Virus record (IMG/VR): IMGVR_UViG_3300020161_001615 | Location: 1-40,378 of that record | Source: a virus | Taxonomy: Duplodnaviria > Caudoviricetes | DNA length: 40,378 nucleotides | Reading direction: 5' to 3' (one strand) | Shown here: positions 27,517 to 36,563 of the stretch, piece after piece | Layout of the letters: every line of letters begins with the position of its first letter | Position numbering within the stretch: position 1 is the stretch's first letter | Notes under the pieces: generated by a model | Seen by the model: the letters and a program-made list of their open reading frames with translations, nothing else | The model's database searches: none | What the model was told of the DNA's origin: nothing | Program-made: the position numbers and the translations under genes

Positions 27517-28089
27517 TTATTTTGAAAATGAGTTTAAATAAGTCAGTTCTTCTTTTGTCAGTGATTTGATACCATTTAAATTTATCTTATCCAAGATATC
27601 GTCAACAGTATAATTAGGTTTGTTGCTATGTTTAATTAATAGGTCTTCGTCATTATCTTCTTCGCATTCAATGTCTTCATTGTCATTCAAATTGATAAAC
27701 AATTTAATCATATCGCTATTAAATTCAGTCATCTTATCTTTAATATCGTTTTTATACGTATTATTAAGATATTTTTTCATCGAGGAGTCTAAATCCTCTT
27801 TTGTTATAATCAAAAATACGTCCAATTCTTCTTTTGTCATATTAACTGACATATTGTCAGTATATTCAACTAAAAAATAATTATTTGAACATTTTGACAT
27901 AACAATATTAACATACTCATTTAATTTTGAAAATTCTTGAGAATTACCAAAGTGTAGGACTATTGAGTTACCGTAAGATTTGTATTTCAAAAAATCGCTA
28001 TCAGTTACATCACTCATAGCGTCTAAAACATAAGTAACTATTGCTTTGTCAGAAAAATCTCCGTAACCAAATAAAAAGTATCTTTTCAT
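27517..28089 (-). CDS. Protein with C-terminal DUF6576-like motif
   Basis: VDDILDKINLNGIKSLTKEELTYL. Confidence 0.7.
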   Translation of the reverse strand: MKRYFLFGYGDFSDKAIVTYVLDAMSDVTDSDFLKYKSYGNSIVLHFGNSQEFSKLNEYVNIVMSKCSNNYFLVEYTDNMSVNMTKEELDVFLIITKEDLDSSMKKYLNNTYKNDIKDKMTEFNSDMIKLFINLNDNEDIECEEDNDEDLLIKHSNKPNYTVDDILDKINLNGIKSLTKEELTYLNSFSK

Positions 28090-28110
28090 ATTATATCTTG
28101 ATTTGTTTTA

Positions 28111-28143
28111 CAAAGATACGAATATTTATTTAATAAAGACAAA
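28111..28143 (-). promoter_or_regulatory. Bacteroidetes-type promoter TTTG-N21-TATCTTTG upstream of the DUF6576-sigma operon
   Basis: Consensus match with allowed spacer length. Confidence 0.75.
28122..28129 (+). promoter_or_regulatory. ATATTTAT element
   Basis: 18 nt upstream of ATG 28148, inside the spacer of the opposite-strand host-type promoter. Confidence 0.55.
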
Positions 28144-28147
28144 AATT

Positions 28148-28591
28148 ATGAAGAAAAAAATTTATTTATCGGAATCAGAGTTAGTTTCGGTAATAAAAAA
28201 AATGGCCATAATAAGTAAAACTAAGGAAAATTCGATTAAAGAACAAACTAATGACGATGATAACGAATTTGAAGACTCTGAAGATGACGATTATAACCCA
28301 AGACAAGAATTGATTGATAAGTTAAAATCTAAAATAGAATCTGAAGAAGAGTTTGATGAATCGGATATTGAAGAGATATATTCTGATGGGAAACCATTTA
28401 GAAGTGGTAGAGGGTCAATATACATTGATGTATTCGTACCTGAAACAGATGACAAAGAGTTTGACCGTAAAGTCGCTTTGAAAATGTTAGACTATTATTC
28501 AAAAATAATTAAAGATGAGAACTATGTTGGTGGTGTAGGATTTAAAAATAGAGGAAATCTAATACAACCATACGACAATATGGACTTCTAA
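28148..28591 (+). CDS. Acidic protein with LSE leader
   Basis: ATG 28148 MKKKIYLSESELVSVIKK preferred over track start 28103. Confidence 0.75.
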   Translation: MKKKIYLSESELVSVIKKMAIISKTKENSIKEQTNDDDNEFEDSEDDDYNPRQELIDKLKSKIESEEEFDESDIEEIYSDGKPFRSGRGSIYIDVFVPETDDKEFDRKVALKMLDYYSKIIKDENYVGGVGFKNRGNLIQPYDNMDF

Positions 28592-28595
28592 AATT

Positions 28596-28623
28596 AAAAA
28601 CCCCGATTTCTCGGGGTTTTTTT
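28596..28623. terminator. Bidirectional terminator between convergent genes
   Basis: aaaaaccccga-tttc-tcggggttttt. Confidence 0.85.
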
Positions 28624-30997
28624 ATTGTGATACTTTACTAATATTTTCGATTTTATTTATCTTAACAATCGAATCAGCCCAATTAGTAACCAAAGGATTA
28701 TGAGTGATAACAAATATTTTTTCAAAATACTCTTTAATCTTTGTAAAGAACTCAGATACCATTTCTAAATTGTCATTAGATATTTTACCAAATACCTCAT
28801 CAAATACAATGATATTTGGTTTAGGTAATGAACATACTTTACTTAATACCGCTCTTAAAGCTAACGAAGCAATGGTTCTTTCATAACCAGACCCTGATAC
28901 CATTAGTTTTTCAACTCCTGTTGAATTATCTATCATCCAAAACTCAACCTCGTTTTTATCTGAGATTCTAATCTCTAATCGGAAGTAAGAACTATCTTGT
29001 AACAATCTTTGTAATTCAGAGTTAATAAGTGGCATCATAGTTTTCATAATAATTTTACTGATACCATTCTTACCAAACACTTCGGAATAGATTTTATAAA
29101 TCCTCTCCTTCTCAAACTCCTCACCAATCTTGATTATGTATTCGTTGTTCTTTTTAATCTTATCATTCAAGTTTTTAATCTGAACACCGTTAGAGGTTAT
29201 TGTATTTTCATACTGTCTTTTCTCTCTTTCCAAATCCTCAATTAATAAATTAGCTTTAATAAGTTTTTGTTCAACGTCATTGTTACTTTTGATTTTCTCC
29301 TGAACATCAAAATATCGTTTTAACTTATCGTCTAATTTAGATTTTTTAAGTTCATTACTTTCTAAAGTTAACTCTAATTTACTTTTAATAAGTTTGTTTT
29401 TTTCATATTGGTCAAACTCTTTTTTAAGCTGGGTGAATCCCTGTTCTTTGCGGGATAAATCCTGCATCAATACCTCATTTTCGTCATAATGACGGATAAA
29501 TCCTGCAAGCTCACCAATCTTTGCTTGGGTAATTGCCGCGTTCATTAGATTAATTCCACAGTGTTCACATTGGATTCCTCCCTCTACAGAACTCTGTAAT
29601 TTTTTAATGTCAGAAATTTTAGTATCTAACTGAACTCTAACCTTGTACTTCTCATTATATTCCTCTTTAACCTTATCGTGTTGGTCTTCGTGATAAAACG
29701 ATGAAGGTTCAACAACATTAACTTCAGAAATTTCTTTATGTAAACGAGAGTTTTCATTCACAATCCCTTGAATCTCTATCTCAATATTACCAGGGTTCAT
29801 AATTACTAACTCTTGGTCAATGTCAGTGTGCTTTGAAGATATTAATCCTTCTTTATATTCCTGACCTTTCTTAAGTCTTGCGGTTACGTCTGATACGTTT
29901 TTATTAGCAATCTCTATCTGACCTTCAAGTTCACTTATTTTATCTTCAGAATCAACATTCTCTTGTTTAAGTGTTTCGGTGTTATATATATTAGATAACA
30001 TACCTTTTGAAAATTCAGAATATAATTCTTTTCCTGTTTCTTCTTTCTTTTTAAGGAACTCTAAACCTAAAAATTTTGTTAAAACTTGACCTCTAGCGGT
30101 TGGTTTAGATTCTATCAAATCCTCAAGGTTAGTTGCGGTAGTTAAAATGGTCATTAAGAAATCTTCTTGTTCTCCAATAGAATTCTTCATAAACTTCTCA
30201 GTTTCTCTACGTTGTTCACCAGTAAAGTTCTGTAATTGTCCATCGGCTAAAATTTTAAAGAAGTCAAGTTCCGTCTTAACATTCCATTCTCCCGCCTTTG
30301 ATTTCTTTCTTTCAATATTTCTAACAATAATATAGTCCTCACCATCTATTGTTATGTACCCACGAACTGAGACCTTATCCTTATCTGTAAATCTATTAAA
30401 GATTTCTTCTGCTTTGTTCGTCTTGGTTGTGGTATTGAAAAATAAGAACATCAACAAGTCTACAGTCAATACTGTCTTACCACCAAAGTTTGGTGGGTCA
30501 GATTCAACAACGGTAATTCCACCGCATTTCTCAAAATCCAATACTTGGTTCTCACCATAGGATAAGAAATTTGAAAATTCGATTTTCTTAATGTACCATT
30601 TTTTAAAAGCCGCAACTTCCTCTGAGGTTGATAATATTTTGTTCTCTACCGCACCATCTAATCTTAAAACTTCATCAGTGTAAGAATCATAACCCTTAGA
30701 TTGTAAATAAGACTTTACCAATTCAATCTGATAGTTTTTGTCCATAATATTGAACGAAACGTCAACAGTTTGCATAGTATCATCTTCAACCAATTTAACC
30801 TTTGTAATAACGTTAACATTAGTTGTTACGTATTTTTTTTGGAAATATTGTTTCACACTTTTGATTCTCTCTTGTGTAAAGTTTTCTGGAGTGTCTTCCC
30901 AAATAACTTGTACGTAAGGATTATCTAACTTTGAAACATCAAGTTTATGACTCATAGTTTTATAATTAAATAATTTCGGCGGATTGAACAAATCCAT
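28622..30997 (-). CDS. sbcC: SbcC/Rad50/gp46-like ATPase with N-terminal extension
   Basis: IEFSNFLSYG, NFGGKT, CEHC hook, SGSGYE, VFDEVFG, VITH; coiled coil. Confidence 0.9.
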   Translation of the reverse strand: MDLFNPPKLFNYKTMSHKLDVSKLDNPYVQVIWEDTPENFTQERIKSVKQYFQKKYVTTNVNVITKVKLVEDDTMQTVDVSFNIMDKNYQIELVKSYLQSKGYDSYTDEVLRLDGAVENKILSTSEEVAAFKKWYIKKIEFSNFLSYGENQVLDFEKCGGITVVESDPPNFGGKTVLTVDLLMFLFFNTTTKTNKAEEIFNRFTDKDKVSVRGYITIDGEDYIIVRNIERKKSKAGEWNVKTELDFFKILADGQLQNFTGEQRRETEKFMKNSIGEQEDFLMTILTTATNLEDLIESKPTARGQVLTKFLGLEFLKKKEETGKELYSEFSKGMLSNIYNTETLKQENVDSEDKISELEGQIEIANKNVSDVTARLKKGQEYKEGLISSKHTDIDQELVIMNPGNIEIEIQGIVNENSRLHKEISEVNVVEPSSFYHEDQHDKVKEEYNEKYKVRVQLDTKISDIKKLQSSVEGGIQCEHCGINLMNAAITQAKIGELAGFIRHYDENEVLMQDLSRKEQGFTQLKKEFDQYEKNKLIKSKLELTLESNELKKSKLDDKLKRYFDVQEKIKSNNDVEQKLIKANLLIEDLEREKRQYENTITSNGVQIKNLNDKIKKNNEYIIKIGEEFEKERIYKIYSEVFGKNGISKIIMKTMMPLINSELQRLLQDSSYFRLEIRISDKNEVEFWMIDNSTGVEKLMVSGSGYERTIASLALRAVLSKVCSLPKPNIIVFDEVFGKISNDNLEMVSEFFTKIKEYFEKIFVITHNPLVTNWADSIVKINKIENISKVSQ

Positions 30998-31205
30998 CAG
31001 TGTTTAATTTTATTGTTTCGCTGGTTGATGTTTCTTGGTTTTGAGTTTCTCCTGACATACTTTCTCTCATTTTTTCAATTTGTTCCATAAAAGCATCTTG
31101 AAACATTTTTTCTTGTTTTTTCATTTGAGATTTAATGTTCTGATTTCTAGCATTAACTCTTTTTCTGTGTGCCTTGGCTCCACCTCTTAACTTTGATTTT
31201 CCCAT
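30966..31205 (-). CDS. Small basic protein
   Basis: MGKSKLRGGAKAHRKRV... Confidence 0.7.
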   Translation of the reverse strand: MGKSKLRGGAKAHRKRVNARNQNIKSQMKKQEKMFQDAFMEQIEKMRESMSGETQNQETSTSETIKLNTDGFVQSAEII

Positions 31206-31216
31206 TGTATTTGTTT

Positions 31217-31585
31217 TTATAAAATTTGATTATTTTGATTATTGTTTGGTCTGTTTTCTTCAAACCATTCTACTATTGAATTAATTACCCAAGTAGTTCC
31301 TGAAGCCAAAGCTCCGTCAAAAAACCAAGAAAATAATTCATTAACTTTTAATAGTTCGTGTGTTGGAGAATATAAGAAAATTCCAAAGAAAAATCCAATC
31401 CATACAGGTAAACACATCATACATCTCATCATTTCTCGAAGAAAATGAAAGAATCCGTTTAAAGGGAAGTATTTGTCATTACCCCATTTTTCAATGGTAT
31501 CTCTAAACCCATTCATAATTTTTCCATAAACTCCAATGTTACTCATTCCATAGATGATTAAACACCATAAAATTAATTCTGTCAT
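31217..31585 (-). CDS. Membrane protein with CxxC..W motif (DUF1360-like)
   Basis: CMMCLPVWIG between hydrophobic helices. Confidence 0.6.
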   Translation of the reverse strand: MTELILWCLIIYGMSNIGVYGKIMNGFRDTIEKWGNDKYFPLNGFFHFLREMMRCMMCLPVWIGFFFGIFLYSPTHELLKVNELFSWFFDGALASGTTWVINSIVEWFEENRPNNNQNNQIL

Positions 31586-32145
31586 ATTTTATCTTTTAAA
31601 TTTGAACCAGGGTGAAATCTTGCCAATCTACTTTGGATAATTCCACTTAGGTCGTTTATTTTAGTTTCTTGTTCTTTAATTTTTTTATCTTTTAGTGTTA
31701 TCTCTTCTCTTAGGTTTTGTAGTGTTTGAGTAATCATAGATAATTTATCATTACAATCCTTACTACTCACTTCAACAACTTGTTTCTTCGCATCTTCAAG
31801 TTCTTGGATTTTTGTCAACATTTCAATCCTTTCTTTTCGGAAATTATTTTCAATATCTTCAATTTTATTAGAGAATTTTTCTTCAATCTCTTTAATCTCT
31901 TGTTCTTTTTGGAGAATGTTTTCGATAACAACCTCTTTAACAACCTCAACTTCTTTAACTACTTCTATCTCCCAAGGTTTAATTTCTTCATCTTCTCCAA
32001 GTAACCCATATTTTTCAATATAATAACCTTTTTTAAAACATTCAAATCTAAATGATTCTATATCTTTAATTTCATTAAGTTTACAAAAACTTATAAAATC
32101 AGTTTCAAGTGGTTTACTAATAGTTAAGTAATCGTTCAGTTCCAT
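31582..32145 (-). CDS. Coiled-coil protein with EVVK repeats
   Basis: EIEVVKEVEVVKEVVIE. Confidence 0.7.
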   Translation of the reverse strand: MELNDYLTISKPLETDFISFCKLNEIKDIESFRFECFKKGYYIEKYGLLGEDEEIKPWEIEVVKEVEVVKEVVIENILQKEQEIKEIEEKFSNKIEDIENNFRKERIEMLTKIQELEDAKKQVVEVSSKDCNDKLSMITQTLQNLREEITLKDKKIKEQETKINDLSGIIQSRLARFHPGSNLKDKI

Positions 32146-32896
32146 CTACTAAATTTTCTATTGAGTCTATCTTAAATGACAGAAAAGGTTTAGGGTTTTC
32201 CAAGTCAATAAATTCGTAAATATCCTTTTCTACATCATAGATACCATAACCGTGTTTATTAACCGTTTCACCAAAGTTTTGTTGTATTGTCGACCCAATC
32301 ATATAAGCTTTCTTCCCATTCGGAATATTGAAAACTTGTCTTTTATGTATATCACCACAAAGAACTAAATCACATCCCGCAAATTTGTTAACGTCAAATC
32401 CTTCATCAAATTTATAACCAATATCAGTGGTTAATCCTTGGACTGGTCCGTGAAACAAACCTATATTAACGTTACCGTCATTTCCTATTTCAGGTGGAAT
32501 GTTATGGTCCATAAGTGAGTACACACACCAGTTAATATTTTGGTCGTTATAAACACCTCTGTTTTTATAATACACAACCATTTCATTTTGAAGGGAATCG
32601 ATAATTGGTGTTAAAGCATCTAATCTTGACATATTATTTTCAAGAAAGTCGTGATTACCAATAATAACAATTGTTTTTGTAATTTTAGAACACTCGGTTA
32701 AAACCCAAGCAACAAACTCAATTAATTCAGGAGTCATTTGGTTTTTACTGTGGACCAAGTCTCCAGTGAATACAATTCTATCAGGGGCAAGTTGTTTCCA
32801 TTGTTCTAAAGCATCAGTTATTATTGATTTATATAAATCGTGGTCTTTAAATAACCTAATATGTAAATCACTAAAATGTACTAATTTTTTAATCAT
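32117..32896 (-). CDS. sbcD: SbcD/Mre11/gp47-like metallophosphoesterase nuclease
   Basis: SDLH, TGDLVH, GNHD, FHG, GDIHKRQ, QQNFGE. Confidence 0.92.
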   Translation of the reverse strand: MIKKLVHFSDLHIRLFKDHDLYKSIITDALEQWKQLAPDRIVFTGDLVHSKNQMTPELIEFVAWVLTECSKITKTIVIIGNHDFLENNMSRLDALTPIIDSLQNEMVVYYKNRGVYNDQNINWCVYSLMDHNIPPEIGNDGNVNIGLFHGPVQGLTTDIGYKFDEGFDVNKFAGCDLVLCGDIHKRQVFNIPNGKKAYMIGSTIQQNFGETVNKHGYGIYDVEKDIYEFIDLENPKPFLSFKIDSIENLVDGTERLLNY

Positions 32897-33158
32897 TTCT
32901 TTTATTTTTTAAATCGTCATACTTTCTACCCCAATAACTTATCTCACCTTCTCTTAACTGAATTTCGTCTCTAAGAATTTCATTCTCATCCTCAAGTTCT
33001 TTTATTTTATTTAAAAGAGTACTATCGTTATTAACTACAGTTGTTACCTGTTTTGTCGGTACATTATTATTAACGATGGCGAACAAGATTCCATTACCTA
33101 CGATAATACCAAAAATGATAATCGGTAATGGATTTAATTGTTGTATAAATTTATTCAT
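32889..33158 (-). CDS. TM-anchored coiled-coil protein
   Basis: N-terminal hydrophobic helix. Confidence 0.65.
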   Translation of the reverse strand: MNKFIQQLNPLPIIIFGIIVGNGILFAIVNNNVPTKQVTTVVNNDSTLLNKIKELEDENEILRDEIQLREGEISYWGRKYDDLKNKRND

Positions 33159-33384
33159 CTACTTTTTTTTGTTCGTCAAATAATTTGAATTCCTCATTTA
33201 CGTGACCACAACTATTACACATATAAGTTGGGAAAGGAACTAAGGTATCCTCTGAACTACCAGTGATTAATTTAGATACTTTTTTTAGTATTACCACTTC
33301 CTTGAAGTAATGTCCTCCACATCCTTCACAAATAACTGTAGGTTGTTGTCTTAAATCAATTTTAGGTCTTAATAAATCTTCCAT
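33151..33384 (-). CDS. Zinc-ribbon protein
   Basis: CEGC...CNSCGH. Confidence 0.75.
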   Translation of the reverse strand: MEDLLRPKIDLRQQPTVICEGCGGHYFKEVVILKKVSKLITGSSEDTLVPFPTYMCNSCGHVNEEFKLFDEQKKVDE

Positions 33385-33423
33385 ATTGTTTTTTTTTAAA
33401 TTTAGGTTAATTAATTTGTTTTG

Positions 33424-34086
33424 TCAAATATTAGTAAGTTTGTTTTTCTCAAAAATAGATATAACATCAAACCCATTCCAAATTTCATTACCGTCATTAA
33501 TTTGTATCTCTTTTTGGTCTATAATTGTCATACCGTATTTCTCAACAAGTTTTCTAAAAAGGACCGCGTCCATATTTGACCTACCTCCTTGGTTTTCAAA
33601 TGAATTATCTTTACCTCCTTTTAGGTTTGAATGGTGAATGATACCTTTACCTCCAAAAACTAAAACTCTATTAATTTCCGAGAGATAATCTTCAATAACG
33701 TTTTGGTGCATATGTACAAATGAGTCATACGAATACACTAAATCTTGTGACTCATCATCTATAAATGGAATAGATTTACCATCACAAACAAAATAGTTAG
33801 ATACGTGGTGACCTAATTTTTCTTTAGTCTTTTCAATACAAATAGGATTTAAATCAACAACACTAAGTTCCTGAGCCAAGATAGATAAAAACTGAGTTAC
33901 CCTACCGTAGCCAGGTGCAATTTCTAAAATTTTTTTACCTCTAAATTCTTTTAAATCATCAAAAAGATACTTATTCCATAAGTTTTCAGTACTACCAAAT
34001 TTTGTAGACCATTCGTGTCCACCATCACTCCAAACTTCTTCGTTATTCCAATAACGTTGTTCGTCTATGTTATAAAACTTTTCCAT
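33424..34086 (-). CDS. Class I SAM-dependent methyltransferase
   Basis: ILEIAPGYGR, VDLN, DLVYSYDSFVHM, EINRVL. Confidence 0.88.
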   Translation of the reverse strand: MEKFYNIDEQRYWNNEEVWSDGGHEWSTKFGSTENLWNKYLFDDLKEFRGKKILEIAPGYGRVTQFLSILAQELSVVDLNPICIEKTKEKLGHHVSNYFVCDGKSIPFIDDESQDLVYSYDSFVHMHQNVIEDYLSEINRVLVFGGKGIIHHSNLKGGKDNSFENQGGRSNMDAVLFRKLVEKYGMTIIDQKEIQINDGNEIWNGFDVISIFEKNKLTNI

Positions 34087-34094
34087 ACTTTTAA

Positions 34095-34952
34095 TTATTT
34101 TTTTAAATATTGTTTCATATCCATATCCAAAATAGTTGTGATAACATCCTTAGGGACTCTGTATTCCTGAAAATCAGAACTATCTTTTAAATGAACAATA
34201 ATACATCCGTATAATCTAATATTACCATACTTACTACCTTCTAACATCTTTAACAGTAACTTACCGTAAAACGGTAACTGTAAATAATAATGTCCTAAAG
34301 CGGTACTTGGGTGTTTTTGAAATGGTGAGTACATTGGTTTGGTAAAACTATTTGTTTGAAAGTTTTTCTCTTTGTTTGTCTTCCAATCGGTAATAATTAA
34401 TCCGAATTCTGTTAGTTCTCTATTAAAAATTAACCAAACTTTGTCGGGTTGCCCTGTATACCCAAGTTCAGGATGACCTAAAACCATTTCAGTATCTAAT
34501 AGTATTGCACCTCTTTCATTCATTAAATTAAGGAATTTATTTCCTGCAGATACCATACTATCACCTTTTAATATCTGTTCAATATCACAATCAAATATTG
34601 GTTGTCTAACCTCTTTATAGTTACCAAACATATCTATAGTTTTTTTCTCCAATAGATAGTGAACTCTAGACCCCATATTAGTTGAGTAGTCTCCTGCCGC
34701 GGCCCATTCTTTAATTAATCGTTCCATTTCGTCTGGGTCACCACCTGACTTATTGTAAGCCGCTTCCTCAGTTGGGAATTCTTTATAGAATTTTTTAATA
34801 ACTTTAGAAACCGAAGGGAAGTCTGTTTTGATTTCTCCTTCAAGGTTTTTCATAGTATAAGAGTGAGTATCTTCAGTAAATGTTAACCCTAACTCATCTT
34901 GTTTTTTTGAGATTATTTCTCTAATCTCTTTAGCAATTTCTTCTAAATTCAT
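34095..34952 (-). CDS. PD-(D/E)xK exonuclease
   Basis: GSRVH, GQPD, TDWKT, YYLQLPFY. Confidence 0.85.
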   Translation of the reverse strand: MNLEEIAKEIREIISKKQDELGLTFTEDTHSYTMKNLEGEIKTDFPSVSKVIKKFYKEFPTEEAAYNKSGGDPDEMERLIKEWAAAGDYSTNMGSRVHYLLEKKTIDMFGNYKEVRQPIFDCDIEQILKGDSMVSAGNKFLNLMNERGAILLDTEMVLGHPELGYTGQPDKVWLIFNRELTEFGLIITDWKTNKEKNFQTNSFTKPMYSPFQKHPSTALGHYYLQLPFYGKLLLKMLEGSKYGNIRLYGCIIVHLKDSSDFQEYRVPKDVITTILDMDMKQYLKK

Positions 34953-35873
34953 TTATTTCATATTATAGTAATATTCGTTTATTTCACCTCTTAAGTCACA
35001 TACGTCTTTATCTGTTGGTAGTTTAACAATTTTAATTCTATTGTATAATTCACCACCATTTAACTCTTTATATAATTTTTTAGAATTTTCCCAAGCATCC
35101 CCATCAAGACAAATTATAATATCACCCTTTGATTTAAGGTATATTGATTCAAAAAGAACTGAAGATAAATGTTTACCTAACATAGGAATACTGTTATCTA
35201 AGAAAAACCCATCAAAGACCCCTTCAACAATATAAATGTTTTTCTCCCAATCAACTAAATGTTCATTGAAGATAATTTTATCTTTTTCGGCAATTGGGTT
35301 TTTATATTTGAACTTAGGATTACCTCCCCAAGCTCTTCCAACAAAGTAATTTAATTCACCTTCCTTATTATATGAGGGAACAATAATTCGACCACTGTAA
35401 TCACCTTTCATAGTATAACCTATCTGATATCTTTCAATAATCTCATCAGTTATGCCTCTACTTTTTAGGTAATTTAAAGCTTCTCTATGTGGGGGGTATA
35501 TAGGATTACTGTCTTTGAATTGGACATAACCTTCAGGTAGTCTTAATTTAATTTTTTTAACCTGTTTTTCCTCAAACTCTTCAGGTTTTATTAAATTATA
35601 TGTTTTTTTTAATTTTTTATTTGCATAATTGTCAAATAATTTACCTAAAGGTCCGTGAGTACCGTGAGTTTCACCACAACTCCAACATTTGTATACGTGT
35701 CTACCATAGTTAATTTCTAAATTACCTTTACCATCAAGTTTGTCTAATCCTTTGATGTCATATGAGCACACTGGACAGTCAAAAGATATTTGCATTTTTG
35801 ACTGATAATGTTGTTTGGGTTTTCCCAAAAACTCTTCAAGTAATTCTACTATGATTTCGACTTCTTCTGACAC
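34953..35873 (-). CDS. dnaG: DNA primase (Zn finger + Toprim), GTG start
   Basis: CPVC..CWSC, YLKSRGI, RIIVP, KYKNP, VEGVFDG, LDGDA. Confidence 0.9.
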   Translation of the reverse strand: MSEEVEIIVELLEEFLGKPKQHYQSKMQISFDCPVCSYDIKGLDKLDGKGNLEINYGRHVYKCWSCGETHGTHGPLGKLFDNYANKKLKKTYNLIKPEEFEEKQVKKIKLRLPEGYVQFKDSNPIYPPHREALNYLKSRGITDEIIERYQIGYTMKGDYSGRIIVPSYNKEGELNYFVGRAWGGNPKFKYKNPIAEKDKIIFNEHLVDWEKNIYIVEGVFDGFFLDNSIPMLGKHLSSVLFESIYLKSKGDIIICLDGDAWENSKKLYKELNGGELYNRIKIVKLPTDKDVCDLRGEINEYYYNMK

Positions 35874-35879
35874 AGATTA

Positions 35880-35908
35880 AATATAATCATTAATGTCAAA
35901 TAAATCAA
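35880..35908 (-). promoter_or_regulatory. Promoter TTGATT-N17-TATATT
   Basis: Exact spacing; -10 ends 6 nt before the GTG start. Confidence 0.6.
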
Positions 35909-36508
35909 TTACCAAATCTCTTGTTGTTTCATAAAACCTAATGCACAGGTGTAAGCATCAGTTTGGTCGAAGTTTTCTTTCTTTAAAGTACTGTTTCTTG
36001 TATATTGCCAAGTAATTTGAGGTTCTCTTTTTGCAACTAATTCCCAAATCATCATTTTCTTGTCAATATCTTTAGGTAACCCACCAAATAAAACGTGTTT
36101 ACCTTTGTCGTTAGGTTGGATTAAATGTGGGAAGGCAAACTTTCTTGAGTTGTACGTAGAAATAAATTCAGGGACTACTCCTAAAACATCGTAAACTTCT
36201 TTAAAAATTAATGTATTATATCTAAGTAACGTACTTATTGTATAAACGTTATTAGAGTTTAATAATGGTTCTTCAATAACTACGTGAGTAATTCCTAAAC
36301 CTTTATAGTTTAAAAGTTTACTCCTAAACATTTCCGCTTTAACCAACAACTCTTCCATCTTATTCTCTTTTTTTGGTTTTGGTTGTGGAGAAATATGTGT
36401 TAATTCTAATAATTGTTTCGTGGTAATATCAAATAACGCCCATCCGATTGTTTTAGTAGACACGTCTAATCCCAATACTTTTGGGTTGTTTTCTATTTTT
36501 TTTGACAT
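35909..36508 (-). CDS. ruvC: RuvC-like Holliday junction resolvase
   Basis: LGLDVSTKTIGWA, VVIEEP, DQTDA. Confidence 0.85.
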   Translation of the reverse strand: MSKKIENNPKVLGLDVSTKTIGWALFDITTKQLLELTHISPQPKPKKENKMEELLVKAEMFRSKLLNYKGLGITHVVIEEPLLNSNNVYTISTLLRYNTLIFKEVYDVLGVVPEFISTYNSRKFAFPHLIQPNDKGKHVLFGGLPKDIDKKMMIWELVAKREPQITWQYTRNSTLKKENFDQTDAYTCALGFMKQQEIW

Positions 36509-36563
36509 AAAATTCTTTATTTAAAAAAAATATACGCAAATAGTTAATATAATAAAGATTTTT

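Noticed and set aside
34095-34952. Cas4 / CRISPR system
   Set aside because: Lacks the Cas4 Fe-S cysteine set; I saw no repeat-spacer array or other cas genes
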